NCBI RefSeq assembly: GCF_009914755.1
Contig: NC_060925.1
Strand: one strand, 5' to 3'
Source of the DNA: the human T2T-CHM13v2.0 reference genome, Homo sapiens
DNA: 64,000 nucleotides
The notes beneath the pieces are model-generated. The model saw only the letters and a program-made list of their open reading frames with translations, made no database searches and was not told the DNA's origin. Positions 39,961 through 53,860 of this stretch are shown piece after piece. Within the stretch, counting starts at the first letter, position 1. Each line of letters begins with the position of its first letter. A program made the translations under genes and the position numbers.

Positions 39961-41929
39961 CCTCAGCCTACTCCGTATCTCCTTTCAGAAGATGCTATGA
40001 AATACTCATGGCCATCACAGTCCTCCTGGCTGGAGCCGGAGGGAGGAGGAGGGCGGTGTAGTCCTCCAGGCTGGCCAGGCTGGGGCCGGTGGAGGATGCC
40101 ACCTTTTCCTCGTGCCGCCTCAGGCCAAGCTGAAGGCTGCATGCCAATCCGGCCAGAGGAAACACCGGGCACGGGGAATGGAGCCCTCGCCAGCGTCTTT
40201 ACTAGGCCCTGGCGCTGTGCGGCCCCTGCCTGGGTGCGGTGCCAGCTCACTACACCAGCAGATCGTTAGCATTCCTTTCCTGCAGGAGCTGCCCAGGGCA
40301 CCCAGGAAAGGAGACATGAAGATGAGGCCCAGCCAAGGCCGCTCTGGTCCCTGGGGGGTCCTTGCTGCAGCAATCACCCAGGCCCTGAAGAGAGGCCAGG
40401 GAGAGGCTAGCATGGGGGTGTTCAGAGGCCCAGGGGGTCTTCCCTGGCCTGCTCCGTGTCCTGGGGGAAATGGTTCAGGGAATGAATCAGCACCTGCCAA
40501 ACCCACTGAGGTGTCAGGTAAATAGCACCATGTGGGGCTTCCTGGCCAGTTTCTCTATCACGAAAGCCAGGACGGAGGGGAGGGAGACCGGGAGAGGTGA
40601 CTGGCAAGGTTTTCACTTTACCCACTCTGGAAGAGAACACAGCCTGTGAGTGAGGAGGACTGAAACGAAGGCAGAGGGGGAGCCATGGGCGCCAATGTCA
40701 AGCCCAGCCCACCAGGGAGGGTGGCATGGAAACAGCCTGGAGAAGGAAGAGGGAAAAGGGAGAGGTGGCCAGGGGTAGGGAGAGGCCCGCGACCGTCCCA
40801 GGCCTGTGGGAAGCTGGGAGACCAGGGCGTCTTGCAGGCAGGGGCTGCAGAGCCATAAGGCACCTGCTGTTTGAGCCCAGCCCCAGCCCCCACTCCAGGT
40901 CATCGGCCATCCAGCTCTTCATTCACAACTCTCCATGTGTGCTATTCTGGGTACCAGGTTTGCACAAGGCCTTTTAAGTCCAGAAAAGAAAAAAAAAAAC
41001 AACCCAGCCTCCCAGAAGCTCACAAACACCCCAGCTCCTTGAACCCCCGGGCCCAGGGGATTCAGCACAGCCCAACAGTGCCCCAGTGCCCACCCTCTGA
41101 AAGTTGGGAAGCTTTTACGGTTCTGTCCTGAAGGACTCTCTTCCTTGGTCCCCATAGCCCCCAAGCCAGGTTCCTAGACTCCAAGAATGAGAAAACCCCT
41201 TTCCCAAGGTGCCAGGAGTTACAATAGGAACTTCTGCCTTCCCACCATGTCCAGGAAGAAAAAGTGTCTGCACCCTAGGGTTCAGGGTGCTAGGAAGCAA
41301 AAGTGGAGCTGAGAAGCTGGCCTTCACCTCGTTCCTGATCAGAGGCTGAGGAAGGCCAGGCAGCAGCTGCCAGGGCTGCCCTCAGCCCTTGCCCAGACTG
41401 TGCCGACCTGGGAACCTGTGGAGCCCCTGGCTAGTGGCCAGACAGCATGTATGAGTGTTGGGGGTGAGCTGGGGGGAGAACTCAGGCTTGCCATGCCCCG
41501 GCACCATGCCAACACGTGGAAGGTTGAACTAACCCCGGGCGCGATGCCACGTGCCCAGAAACTGGGCATCTGCTGGCACAGCAGCACGTGAAGAACGAGG
41601 GGTCCTACCACCGCCTATGCTCCGGGCTCCCCGTCAACACATCGCGGTGGTAGGTCTGCTCCTTCCCCACATGGCACTGGGTATGGGGCCTTCCAGTGTC
41701 CCCTTGGCACCATGCCTGCCACATACTGTGGGCTATCCCCATTGGCACCAGGCCGCACACGGGAGGACTCAGACACCCTGCTGGACTCTAGCCAAGCTCT
41801 GAATGGCTCTTCCCACTGGCCTGAGGCCATCAACTGGGCACCTCTGGGTTTGGGCCCCTGGGACCATCCATTTACTCTAAGGGCCCATGGGACCACCCTC
41901 CCGCCCCCTCTGTGCCCACAGACAACCAC

Positions 41930-42450
41930 GCACCATCATTTTATGGACCACGGGAAAAGGTCAGAAGCTTTTGTAAAACTAGGTGCAATGTGCAAACTAT
42001 CTAAAAATGAAAATGAACGTCCTTCCCCTCCGGTCACCAGGACAATCCTGTCCCACTGGTTAAATTTTCATTTGTGTTCCAATCGAGGGCGCAAACCCCA
42101 GAAACTTTCTGAATTGTTTCTCTCCCCAGCTGTCTACTGGCCTCTTGCTCTCTTTCCAACTCTTTCTTTCTTGGCTTCTTTTTTTAATTATTATTATTTT
42201 ATTTTTTATTTCCCCCTCTTGGTCAGGTTAAAGCGCTCCTGAGGGGTGATTGACGGGGGTTGCCATGGAGACCCCGGCTTGAAAAAAAGCCTCGTTAGTT
42301 GCCAACTCTGTGTGTTGTTGTTTTACAACTGTGACCGACCGTCACATGAGAGGGGGGACAGCTGGGGGCCGGGCTGCACAAAGGGGAATGGCTTTTTAAT
42401 GGAGTGCCTGGCCGGCGCTTGAAGACTCAATAAAGAGTTGCTGGTGAGTC
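41930..42450. promoter_or_regulatory. Candidate conserved enhancer
   Basis: TTTTATGG, TGATTGAC, RFX X-box GTTGCCATGGAGAC (42259-42272), TGTGAC-N5-GTCACA, TTTAATGG. Confidence 0.6.
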
Positions 42451-43402
42451 CCCTCGCTGGGCCGGGCCCAGCACACGGGGGCCGCAGGCCCTTTGTTCCA
42501 CAGGAGCTGGGATGGGAAAGTTGGGAAAACCAGCCCCTGAGAGGTGAAAACAAGAGGCCTTCCCCCCCCACTCTCCGGACAGCTATTTTCTGTCACTCTC
42601 ACGGTGCCCGGACCGAGGGGACAAAACCCTGTCTTGGACAGGCTGCCATGCTGGGGGAGGCGGTTGGGAGGCAGCTGGGGGAAGGGGAGTGGGGAGGAGA
42701 GGGAAGGGGTGGGGAGGAGGGGGCGGCCGGCCTGCGGCTCCTGCCCCCCAGGCCCTCGGCGTTGAAGGCAGGTGGCCAATGGGAAACTAGGCCGCTGCAG
42801 GGCGGGAGGCCAGAGGGCCCAAGACAGGCCTGCGCTGGCGCTAATGGGAAGCAAGACGGCTGCAGGGGGGCTTCCTGGGGGAGGAGGACCAGGCTCTTCT
42901 AGCTGTGGGCCAGGAGCATGCACACATTCACAGGCTGGCACTGCGGGGCAGCCGGGCCCAGGTGGCTCCTCTCCCTCTCCCCGGCCACCCCATGAGAACT
43001 CCCCCACCCCCTTAGCTATCTTTCCCACCGCAGCTCCTCATCTGTCCCGGACAGTCCAGGGAGCCAGGAGGAGTTGCTGAGTGGCAGTCCACCATCAGGC
43101 CAAGAACTCAGCCCCTTCAGATGGCAGAAACCAAGTGCCAGAGCCCTGGGGGGCTTAGGGGAGCAGTTCGCAAAGCGTGGTCCGCAGGCCTCTTCCCGAG
43201 ACCCTCTCAGGAGGCCATAAAGTCCCCATAGTGGAACACAGTTTCTACGTGCCCTATTCAACGTGGGGACATTACGCTGACAGCGCAAAGGCAGCGGGTG
43301 AGCGGAACTGCCGGCGTCCCGGCACAGACCACAGCAGTGTGTGAGAAGGCATGTGTTCCTCAGCACACGCCCTTCCAGCTCGAGAAAAGCCATATTCACT
43401 TT

Positions 43403-43925
<523 letters not shown>

Positions 43926-44417
43926 CCATATTCACTTTAAAATGTCCTTGATGAAGCTGCAAATATGATTAACTTTTAGGAAGTCTTGACCCTCGAGTAT
44001 GCATCCTTTGAATATTCGGGGAGGATGAAAGGGAAGCATGCCTAGGGCCTTCGAGTCCAATGCCTGTCTGAAGGACATGGACCCGTGTGACTGAGCTGAG
44101 AGTGGAACCAGCTGCCTGCTCCAGGGAACACCATCTTTACCTGAAAGAGTGACTGACAGACAAATTGTGATTTTTCAGATTTGAGTGTTTGGCAGCTATT
44201 TTCTCAAAAGTGGACAAAGTGGGCCTGTCACTTCCAGGGGAAAAAAACCTGACAATATTTGTTGCCAATGATAAAATCTGAGCTTTCCAGTGAAAATCAG
44301 ACTTTTGGAAAACTTATATCTGCCACTGCAACCTTGACGGCATCCTAATACTTAACAGCTTTTCTGATGAGACCAGTAATGATACTAATGACTGTGATTT
44401 TTAAAAAACATCATATA

Positions 44418-44798
<381 letters not shown>

Positions 44799-44835
44799 TC
44801 ACATCAGGGAATGAGTCATTCAAAGTGCTCATAGA

Positions 44836-45210
44836 GCAGCTTGAGCAACATAGTGAGATCCCATCTTTACAAAATAAATAAATAAATAATTTAGCTGGGC
44901 GTGGTGGCTCATGCCTGTAATCTCAGCACTTTGGGAGGCCGAAGCAGGAGGATCACTTGAGCTCAGGAGTTTGCGACCAGCCTGGGAAACACAGTGAGAC
45001 CTTATCTCTACTAAAAATAAAAAAAAAGTAGCCAGGCATTGTGGCATGCGCCTGTGCTCCCAGCTACTTGGGAGGCTGAGGTGGGAGAATCCTTTGACCT
45101 GGGAGGTTGAGGCTGCAGTGAGCTCTGATTGCGCCACTGAACTCCAGCCTGGGTGACAGAAAGAGACCCTGACTTAAAAACAGAAACAAAACACACACAG
45201 AAAAACAAAA
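44836..45210 (+). mobile_element. AluJ-like element preceded by an extra partial monomer
   Basis: Partial left-arm end plus linker (44836-44892), then a full Alu; one TSD AAGTGCTYATAGA. Confidence 0.9.
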
Positions 45211-45609
45211 CGAAGTGCTTATAGATCAGTGGGGTTTACTGAAACAGTACACAAAGTTCATTGATGTGGTTTCAGATTCCACCTTGGAACTAACCTGTGA
45301 GAGTCTGTGATAGTCTGCAAAGGCCCTTGAGATACTCCTGCCTTTGCCAACTACACATCTGTCTCCAGCTGGATTTTCTTCATAGACTTCAACCAAAACA
45401 ACCTATCAGAAAGGTTATGCGAAAGAAACTTGCCAAAAAATGTAAAGCAACTCCACTCTTCTCACTAAAATTTTGTTTTGGAAAATACAGTTATTCTCAA
45501 AAATATGTTCTTTATGTTAACACATCATGGACTTATTGCTGTTATTTTTTAAATGAATTAATAAATAATGATTTTTAAAATTTCTCAGTTTTAATGTCTT
45601 AATATGCTA

Positions 45610-45966
<357 letters not shown>

Positions 45967-47329
45967 TTAAGAGCCCCAATACTTTTTAAGATCATAAAGG
46001 GTCACTGAGACCAACAGGTGTGAGAACCACTGTCTTGGGGAACTAGGGGCAGAAAATACACGTGGTGGAACGCAGTGGAGTAGGGCTTCAGCTGCGATGA
46101 TTCTCTGGCCCACAGCTGGCCTTAGAGGTGGTGTGGGCCTGCTTCACTGATGCTGCCAGGATATCTGAGGGGAATTACACATCACATCCTAGGTGAGAGA
46201 TTCAACCTCGGGCAGGATGGTGACCCTGGGATGCAGAGGCAGAGGAGGGGGAGATGGTCCTACAAGTAGTAAAAGAATCACCCGGGGAGGTGGCCCCTTC
46301 TGCCTTGGACTTGAAAAGGGTCTGGCTCCCATGGTGGCAGCAGCAGTGCAGGGGACGTGGGATCCAGGTGAGGTAACACTGCCCTGGGCCACACTTGCCC
46401 CATCAGGGCATAAGGAGGAGCTGGTGGAGAGGGTGCCTAAGAATTTAGAGCCGAACAGGGAGTCTTGCCACCAGTGTGCAATTCACAGGATGCCCTGGGC
46501 CCCTTCCCAGGGACGTGTTAATTATCTTCCCCCACTGGTCCCTGGGGGTAACCAGGCTGGAAATGAGCAAAGGCGGGCTCTGGCTCACCTTGCTCTGTTC
46601 TGCCTGGGAAAGCCCATGGTCCTCGGCCCCAGGCTTGGCTCTAGAGCAGAGATGTGGAATTTTCCAGGGAAACTTCAAAATCATCACTGAGAGGGGAAGA
46701 CATTTGAAAACTGATCTTAAAGAGGAGAAAGGAAAGAAAGAGGGCAGGCCAGGCTTCCCAGGGTCGCCTCCAGCACGGGGGACTAGATGTGAAAGACAAG
46801 GCTGTGTGTTTTCATTTCACACCCAGAGTCCCCAGGACAGGACCCAAACTTGACCTGGGGCCCCAGATCATCCTTCCTCCAAGAATGTGAAGCTCAGGGA
46901 CACACAGGCTCTGTGGCCTCTGCTGAGAGTGGCATGTCCGACCAGCTAAACCTCTGTGTCCAGAGACCCTGACACTCGCCACTGCCGAGAGGAAGCTCAT
47001 GGTACAGCACCCTACCAGGGCCACCTGCACGCCTGTCCATCCCACACACTTCCCAAGAGCTGGCTTTGTATCAGGGACCACATTAAATGCTAGAGGCTCT
47101 TCAGGGACAATGGCAAAAAGGGCTCCACCCTCACTGGTCCCTGCTCTCAGAGGTGAGCAGAGAAGTTACCGGGCAACTATAACTCAGGGACGGGCACTGA
47201 GACTGTAAAGCTGTGGGAATATATGAAGAGAGGCCCAACTCAGTCTCCACTAATCCTGGAAGGCTTTTGGGAGGAGGTGGCATCTATGATAAGACCTGGA
47301 AGATGAGCTCAGAGGAACCAGTACAGTGT

Positions 47330-47560
47330 AGTCAGTACTGGGCAGCCTGGACTCTGGGGACACAGCTGGGTTGGAATCCTTCCCTGCTACTTCTTAGCTC
47401 TGGGATCCCCAGCCTTGGCCCCCTCTTCTATAAAATCAGAGGTGATATTGGCACCTGCCTCACAGGGCTGCTGAAGGAGAGTCCATGAAATAATGCAGCT
47501 AAAGGGCGTGGCACAGCACTTGGCACATACTAAGCAGTGAATAAATGTTAACTGTTACAT
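47330..47560 (+). mobile_element. MIR
   Basis: GGGTTGGAATCCT...CTATAAAAT...CACCTGCCTCACAGGG...TTGGCACATACTAAG...AATAAATGTTAAC. Confidence 0.8.
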
Positions 47561-47929
47561 TAATAACTAGCGAAAGTGCTAGTCTCACCCCTAACAGGTC
47601 CACCTGGCCAGGCCCCCAGGCCGACCCAACCAGGCAGAGCCACCAGCCCAGGAGGAGCGCTGGTACATCCCCAGCCCTGCTCTCTCAAAGTACAACAGCA
47701 CACATGGGTGGGAGGGGACAACCCCAGGGCCTGCCCGAGCAGATGACAGGCAGAGGTGGCAGCCGCCCCCCTTCCTGAGCCTGTGGAGTACTGAGCACCA
47801 CTCATGCTGATCTCAAGGAGTGTGTCTTCCAGCACCGAAACTCCAAGTCACCTGCCTGGGAAGAAGCAAGAAAAAAAAAAAAAAAAAATCCCATGGCCGT
47901 GCCCTCCCTTGGAAAAAAAAAAAATTCTA

Positions 47930-48250
47930 GGAAACAAAATACAACGACATCTTTTTATTTTGTTTTTTTTCGGTAATTATACTAAAGATGAAAAACTCAT
48001 AATAAACATCTCCCAGTCCCCACCTGCTAACAGTAATTATAATAGACTCAACAATAAATGGTAAAGCAGGGCAGAGCTGCATCTCGGGAATTCTCTAGGG
48101 CATGTGGATTAGCTCGGAAAGCCTGAATGATTAAAATACACTAATTAAAATTTTGTGTTCCTTGGTAACTCGTCTGCCTGGGCCCCTGGTGTTGGCAAAA
48201 TGGGAATTAACGTGACAAAAGCAACACAGAGGGTTTTTGTTTTAAGTAAA
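47930..48250. promoter_or_regulatory. Candidate conserved enhancer
   Basis: GTAATTAT x2, ATAAACA, AACAAT, GGATTA, CTAATTAA. Confidence 0.55.
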
Positions 48251-48649
48251 GAAAAAAAGAGAGAGAGAAAGAGAGAGAGAGGGAGAAGGGAAGATCTATA
48301 TAAACAAGTTAGACACCAGGAGAGAAGAAAGGCAATGTGGTTTTCTCTCTTTCTCTAACCGGAGCACCACAATGTTTGGGGGTGGAAGGTGTATGGCACA
48401 GTCCATGCCATTAAGGAGAGGGCCCTTTACGCCTGCCCTGGGGTGCCACGGAGGATCTGAGGAGCATGCATCTAGGGGTCACTGTTTAAAAACAATTACT
48501 GGAGAGAAGAGGGTGGGAGAGAGAGAAGTGGGGGGCCACAAGGGCCCACCCAGTCCGGCTTTCCAGAGGCATCCCTTGAGGGCGGCCACATACTCTCAAC
48601 TCCCCGCCCCATGACCAACGGGACCCTGGGAGGACGCAAGGGAGCTTCT

Positions 48650-48895
48650 ACCCCATTGCAGTTGCACAAAAGAAATTGAACACTTTTGAGTTGCCCTTAG
48701 CAACCTAATTGCATCAGTACATTGCACACAGGAGCCAAAGTAACTGAATTTTGATGAAAAGACGGCGGTAATTTACGGCATCACAAAATTAGTTGTCATG
48801 GCGACGGGTTAATTACATCTCAAATTAACAATGCAAGTGTGGTGAAATTAAATATAAATCATATTTTCTGCATAAATTATAGGGGTTGATTAGAC
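48650..48895. promoter_or_regulatory. Candidate conserved enhancer with two X-boxes
   Basis: GTTGCCCTTAGCAAC (48690-48704), GTTGTCATGGCGAC (48792-48805), many TAAT, TTTACGG, AACAAT. Confidence 0.65.
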
Positions 48896-50119
48896 CGGGG
48901 CTCTGGGAGAGGGAAAGGTTGAGCCGCCACGGGCCCCAAGCTGCATTCTGAGCTGACGAGAGAGGCGCCTGCAAACGCAGGCGAGGCCCGGGAGCTCTGG
49001 GAGGGGACGGGGGACTGGCGGAGTCAGGCGCCAGGGCTGCCTCCCTCTGCTCCCGCTGCCACTTGCAGGCTCAGCCAGCTCCACGCAGCGCCAGGGCTGT
49101 CCCCAAAGTTTGGATCAAACTTTGCCTGGGGGAGGGGGTGTGCTGCAGGAAGGAGGGATGGCTGGTGCCTCTTAGCCAAGTGCCACGGACAGAAGTTTTG
49201 CCTTTACCCATCCCAAATGACTCTCCCGGTTTCTGTGCCCTGAGCTCTCAGAGAACCCACCACAGATGGCCAGCTGAACCCTCAGTTCCTTCGGTTAAAT
49301 GAGGTCAAATGCTTTTCAAGTCACGGGCATCTGCCTACCAAGGGACAGGCCCAGTGTCATCTGACAGGCCATCAGTGCCTCGCTCTGGGCTGCACCAAGG
49401 GGACACTGGGAGTTGTAGGTAGTCAGGGAGCCCAGAGGCAGTGGCTTAGGATCAGGGGCAGCCCCAGGCACATCAGGTTGAAAATGTGCTTTTTCAGCCA
49501 GCTCTGGTCAAGTAGCTGCCCTGCGGACACCACTCTCTCCTACCCAGGGGCAGGGCAGTTTGACCTCCTTAAGACAGGGGGAGAATGCAGAGCATTAAAG
49601 GCAGAGGAAACCCCAAAGATCACTCTGTCCTGCAACAGACCACCCCAAGTCATGAACGATGTCCCAGTGGCCACACCCAACCCCACCCACCTGTTGCTGA
49701 TGGGCGGTACTGGCAGCATTTCTGGGCCCTGCCACCCAGGACCACTGTGCCAAGTTCAGCTCAGTCTCCAGGAACCCCCAAGCCAGGCAGCTTCACCAGA
49801 ATGCCCAACTGATGGACGCTTCAGAATCGCACCTGCCTCCCTCACACTCCTGGTCCCCATCACTCAGGTCCTAGAGAACACACACGTAACTCTGGGCTCA
49901 CGGTCAGCATCTGCCACCTGGACAAAGGGATCAGCAGGCAACGAGACGGGAGCTCCAGACCTTAGTGAGCAGCATGGCACTGAGAACCCCGAACCCGGGG
50001 AGTCCTCAGGCCCCTCCCTGGGATGTTCTGATCCCGTGAGTCTGGATGGAGCCGGGCTTGTTGTTTTTAACCTGCTCCACCCGGGATTCTGATTTGGGCA
50101 GTCCCAGACCCACACTTAA

Positions 50120-50250
50120 GAAACGCTGGCAACACTGCTACTAATCCCATTTTGCAGATGAGTACATGGAGTCCAGCAAAGCGTGATCACTCCCCAAAAC
50201 ACACAGGGCAGAGCGGAGATTCAAACCCAACTCTGAGTTCTCATTCATCA
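50120..50250 (-). mobile_element. MIR
   Basis: ATCCCATTTTGCAGATGAG...GATTCAAACCCA. Confidence 0.7.
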
Positions 50251-51554
50251 CCTACGAGGCCCCTCTCTCAAGGATGTGTCGGGCACCATGCCAGGCCACG
50301 TGGGAAATAAGGACGAGTGAACCACCAGCTTGTCCTTGAGGAGTACACGGTCTAGTAGCGGACACAGGGCCAGTTAGACAGCCACAGCCCCACGTGTCCA
50401 ATCCATCACTGAAGGACAGGGACGTGGGAGGAACTATGGGGACAAGGGGAAGGCAGGGACTGGCACGCCTGGGTGGGAGGTGCCCGGGCCTGCAGGTGCT
50501 CCTGGGGCCGTGGGCTGGGCTGAGTGCCCACTGGAGCTGTGCCACACTTCACCTGGCCCAGGTGGGAGGAATTTCCTGAAAGGCTTCTGCAGAGAGGGGG
50601 AGAAGGAAGGAAGAGAAGGCCCTTGGCAGTCCCCTGACCACGGATGTACATGTGCAGTTCATGAATATTTCAGTGGCCATTTATTTATCCCTGCTCCATC
50701 CAGCTGCTGGGGCCACAGACCAAGGTGGATAAATATAGCCACTGGGCGATCAATGAGGCATCCGCTCCCCACCCAGCCACATCCATTAGGCCCCTCGTTC
50801 CCACAACCTGCTGGCTGGGCACCTTGTCCTGCTCAATTGGTTTCCGATTTTCATTAGCGGTGGAGGCACAGCCCCGCTCCAACCCTGGGCGTCCCCCTCA
50901 CCCTCGTGGGCCCTCCCCTCTCAGGCTGGGCATGGAGCCCAGGGCTGCCGTCAGCCTGGAGGGGCCTTCAGAAGTCCCAGCCCACCGGAGCGGTGAAGTG
51001 AGAGAGGACACAGAACTCAAGGACCAGACCTCACGTCCTGGCTGCCCCGCTGGAGGGCAGAGAAGTGGGTGGGGTTTCCCTAGGACTCCAGCCACCCACA
51101 CGTGACCCACCAGCGAGCACAATCTAGACACAGAAAGCTGGGCTGTTGTTTGCATACCCTGAGATATCTGGGGGACCTCCCAGACCTGGAAGAAGGGTGC
51201 CCAAGGGAGTTACATGGCTGTAAGGGTTGGGGTCTGTGGGCTGCCACGGGGGACCCTCAGCTCCATTAGCCTCTCCTACTGCCTGCAGCTACAAGATCAG
51301 CACAGGCCACCCGGGCCTCCCACTCACCAAGGCCAGGGCCTGGCCCCAGCCTGTCGCCCAAAGGAGCGACAGTGGGCCGAGGTGCTCGGAGGGCTGTGGA
51401 TCAGCCCGGAGGCCCCGGCCCACTCCAGGCCTGCTCTTCCTGCCAGGCTGAGGCCATCTCGGGAAGGCTGGGCACAGCCCTGTGGGGCGCTGGGTGCAGT
51501 CAGGCAGTGATGCTGGGGACACAAGCTCAGCCCTGGTAGGGTCCCAGTCCCCTT

Positions 51555-51880
51555 TCACTCATTCCACAAATAGTCACTCAACACCCACAATGTGCCTCAT
51601 GTTGTCCAAGTGCCGGTGGGGCAGCCCCAGACAGGACGGCTGCAGGTCCCTCCTTCGTGGAGTTTACCCTTGGCAAGGGTGGGGGTGGGGACGAGCAATC
51701 GAGCAACTAATAAATGACAACTAATGAGTTCTATGAAGGCAATAAAACAAGGAGAGTGACAGGGACTGACCGAGAAGAGAGGTGGGGCTGCTTCAGCTAC
51801 CTCTAAAGAGGTGGCCTTTGAACCAGAGACCCAAGGGAACAGGGCCGCCTGGGCCTTCCAGGTGAGGAAGGCGGGAATGG
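51555..51880 (-). mobile_element. L2 3' end fragment
   Basis: TCACTCATTCCACAAATA...CACCCACAATGTGCC; GAGGTGGCCTTTGAACCAGAGACC. Confidence 0.55.
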
Positions 51881-52337
51881 GGAGCCCAGAATGTCTCAGT
51901 CCCGGGACGCTGACGCGGCAGGAAACCCGGAAGGACGCAGAGCACCCCACCCACCCCCTCCTTTTGGTGCCAGGTGGCCAAAGGCCCAGGCCAGTGGCTG
52001 GCAGGACGGGTGCCCACAGCAGGCCGGGGAAGGGGGAGGACAATGGCTGGCAGAGAGGCCACCTGCCTGCTGGCTGTGGACACAGGCTCCTCCTCCAGAG
52101 CCACTGCCAGGATAGGCCAGGTGGGATCCTGCCCGCACAAGGAGGCTGCAGGGCCATGGGGCGACCTGGGCCAGGGCTTTCTCCAGCCCTTCGACCCCAT
52201 CCAAACCAGCTTCAGAGAGGCAGGGCCTCGACCCAACTGGCCCTTTGCAGGGAGGACACAAAGGTGGGGCTGAAGGTGAGAGGAAAAGATCAAGCGTAAA
52301 CCCCACAGGGAGAGGGGGAGGAGAGGGAGGCAGGCCT

Positions 52338-52620
52338 GTGCCTTTAAAAGAATTTTCATTTAAAGGCTCTTCTCTCTTCCACCATTTCAGTGATCTATAT
52401 GCAAATATGCTAATGCATGCAAATTAAGACACCACTTTTAGTCCCAATTTAATAGAAAGCATTAAAATACCATTTTTTTTTTCCAAAAAACTCCATATGC
52501 ATGAAGGAAGGTTTTTTTTTTTTTTTTTTTTTTTTTTCACTTTTCGCTAAAGTCACATTCCGGCAGCAATTTTATGCTGTCAAAATGTTCTCAACAAGGG
52601 GAGATTTGACTGGCTTCTCT
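52338..52620. promoter_or_regulatory. Candidate conserved enhancer with POU octamer cluster
   Basis: ATGCAAAT-ATGCTAAT-GC-ATGCAAAT (52399-52424), TTTTATG, TGTCA; embedded poly(T). Confidence 0.65.
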
Positions 52621-53689
52621 GAGAACCAGTCATAGGAAGCTTGGGCTCTGCTTCTTATTGAGTTCTTTTTTAAAATTTTGCTGGGGGTCCGGGGGAAGAA
52701 GGAAAAAAAGCAACAACAATAACGAGAAACAAGTCACCCAGGCATCTTGTGGAGGGTGGCTGCTCTTTTCAGGCCGGCGGCCAGTCCCCGGGCGTACAGC
52801 GTGCGGTGCAACCTGCAGCTGCGGGACGGGTGCATTCACGAGGGGGGTGTGTGCGCCTGGGGGTCACCCCTGCTGTCTCTCTGGGTAGGGGTGCAGGTGA
52901 AGCTCACATGTGCCACTCTGTGAGTGTCACCGCGAGGGAAACCCTCCCAGGGGCCCGGGCCCAGGGTGGCCACGGTGAGGAGGAGGAGGACCACATGCGC
53001 AGGGAAGGGCATGGGGCACAGCATGTGTGTGGCCCACACAAGGGCGGTCTGCTCTCACTCCCCTCGCTGCTCTGTAATTAAGCTCAGCTGCGCCCACTCA
53101 GGCTTCCAGACCTTTCCCTGAGCCCTCCGCCCCCCGGGCCCACTCCCCGTTCTCCCAGCCTTGCTGGCTACTTCCACTCCCCAAAGAGCCTTCAGGGGCC
53201 TTCTTGTCGTTGATCAAAACAACAGGGCCACCAGCTCCTCAAGAGTCCAAGCTATAGTTTGGCCCAAATGTCCCGGCCAGGGTGGCTCTGTGTCAAAGGC
53301 CCTGCAGCTCCTCCCTCCTGTTTCTCTGGGCCCTCTCTTTGGGGTTCTGGTTCCCGATTAAACCTTGACCTCTCTAGCACATGCCTTTTGCCACCTCCCC
53401 CACTGGTCCTGGCTCTTCCTTCCCCGCTGAAATGAGTTGAGGCTGAGACCTGGGAAGCCGCAAGGTGCTGGGATCCCAGACGAGTCCCTCCTGAAAGGGC
53501 GAAACTCAGTCGTTCAGGGAGAAAGGGACCACAGCCAACCCACCACACAGGTGGAGCCCATGGACAAGGTCTCATTCCAGTGGCCCGGTGTCACAGCGTG
53601 TCCTCATTTGCAGCTAGGATGAATGCCAATTACCACCACCCCATAGGAAAGCTGCCCCCCTGGCCAGCACCAGCCCAGGCGCCTGTTAG

Positions 53690-53860
53690 GTTTTAGTTCA
53701 CTCACTCCTCTCTGCAACCCCATAGGATACGAGTTACCGATTCTATGTCACAAATTGGAAGAGTGAGGCTCAGAGAGGCAAGGCCACTTGCCCAATGTCT
53801 CACAGTGGCTCAGTGTCGAGGCAAGGCCTGTGTATCTTCCCCATTCCCAGAACCTGCTGG
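53690..53860 (-). mobile_element. MIR
   Basis: TGAGGCTCAGAGAGGCAAGGCCACTTGCCCAATGTCTCACAG. Confidence 0.7.
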
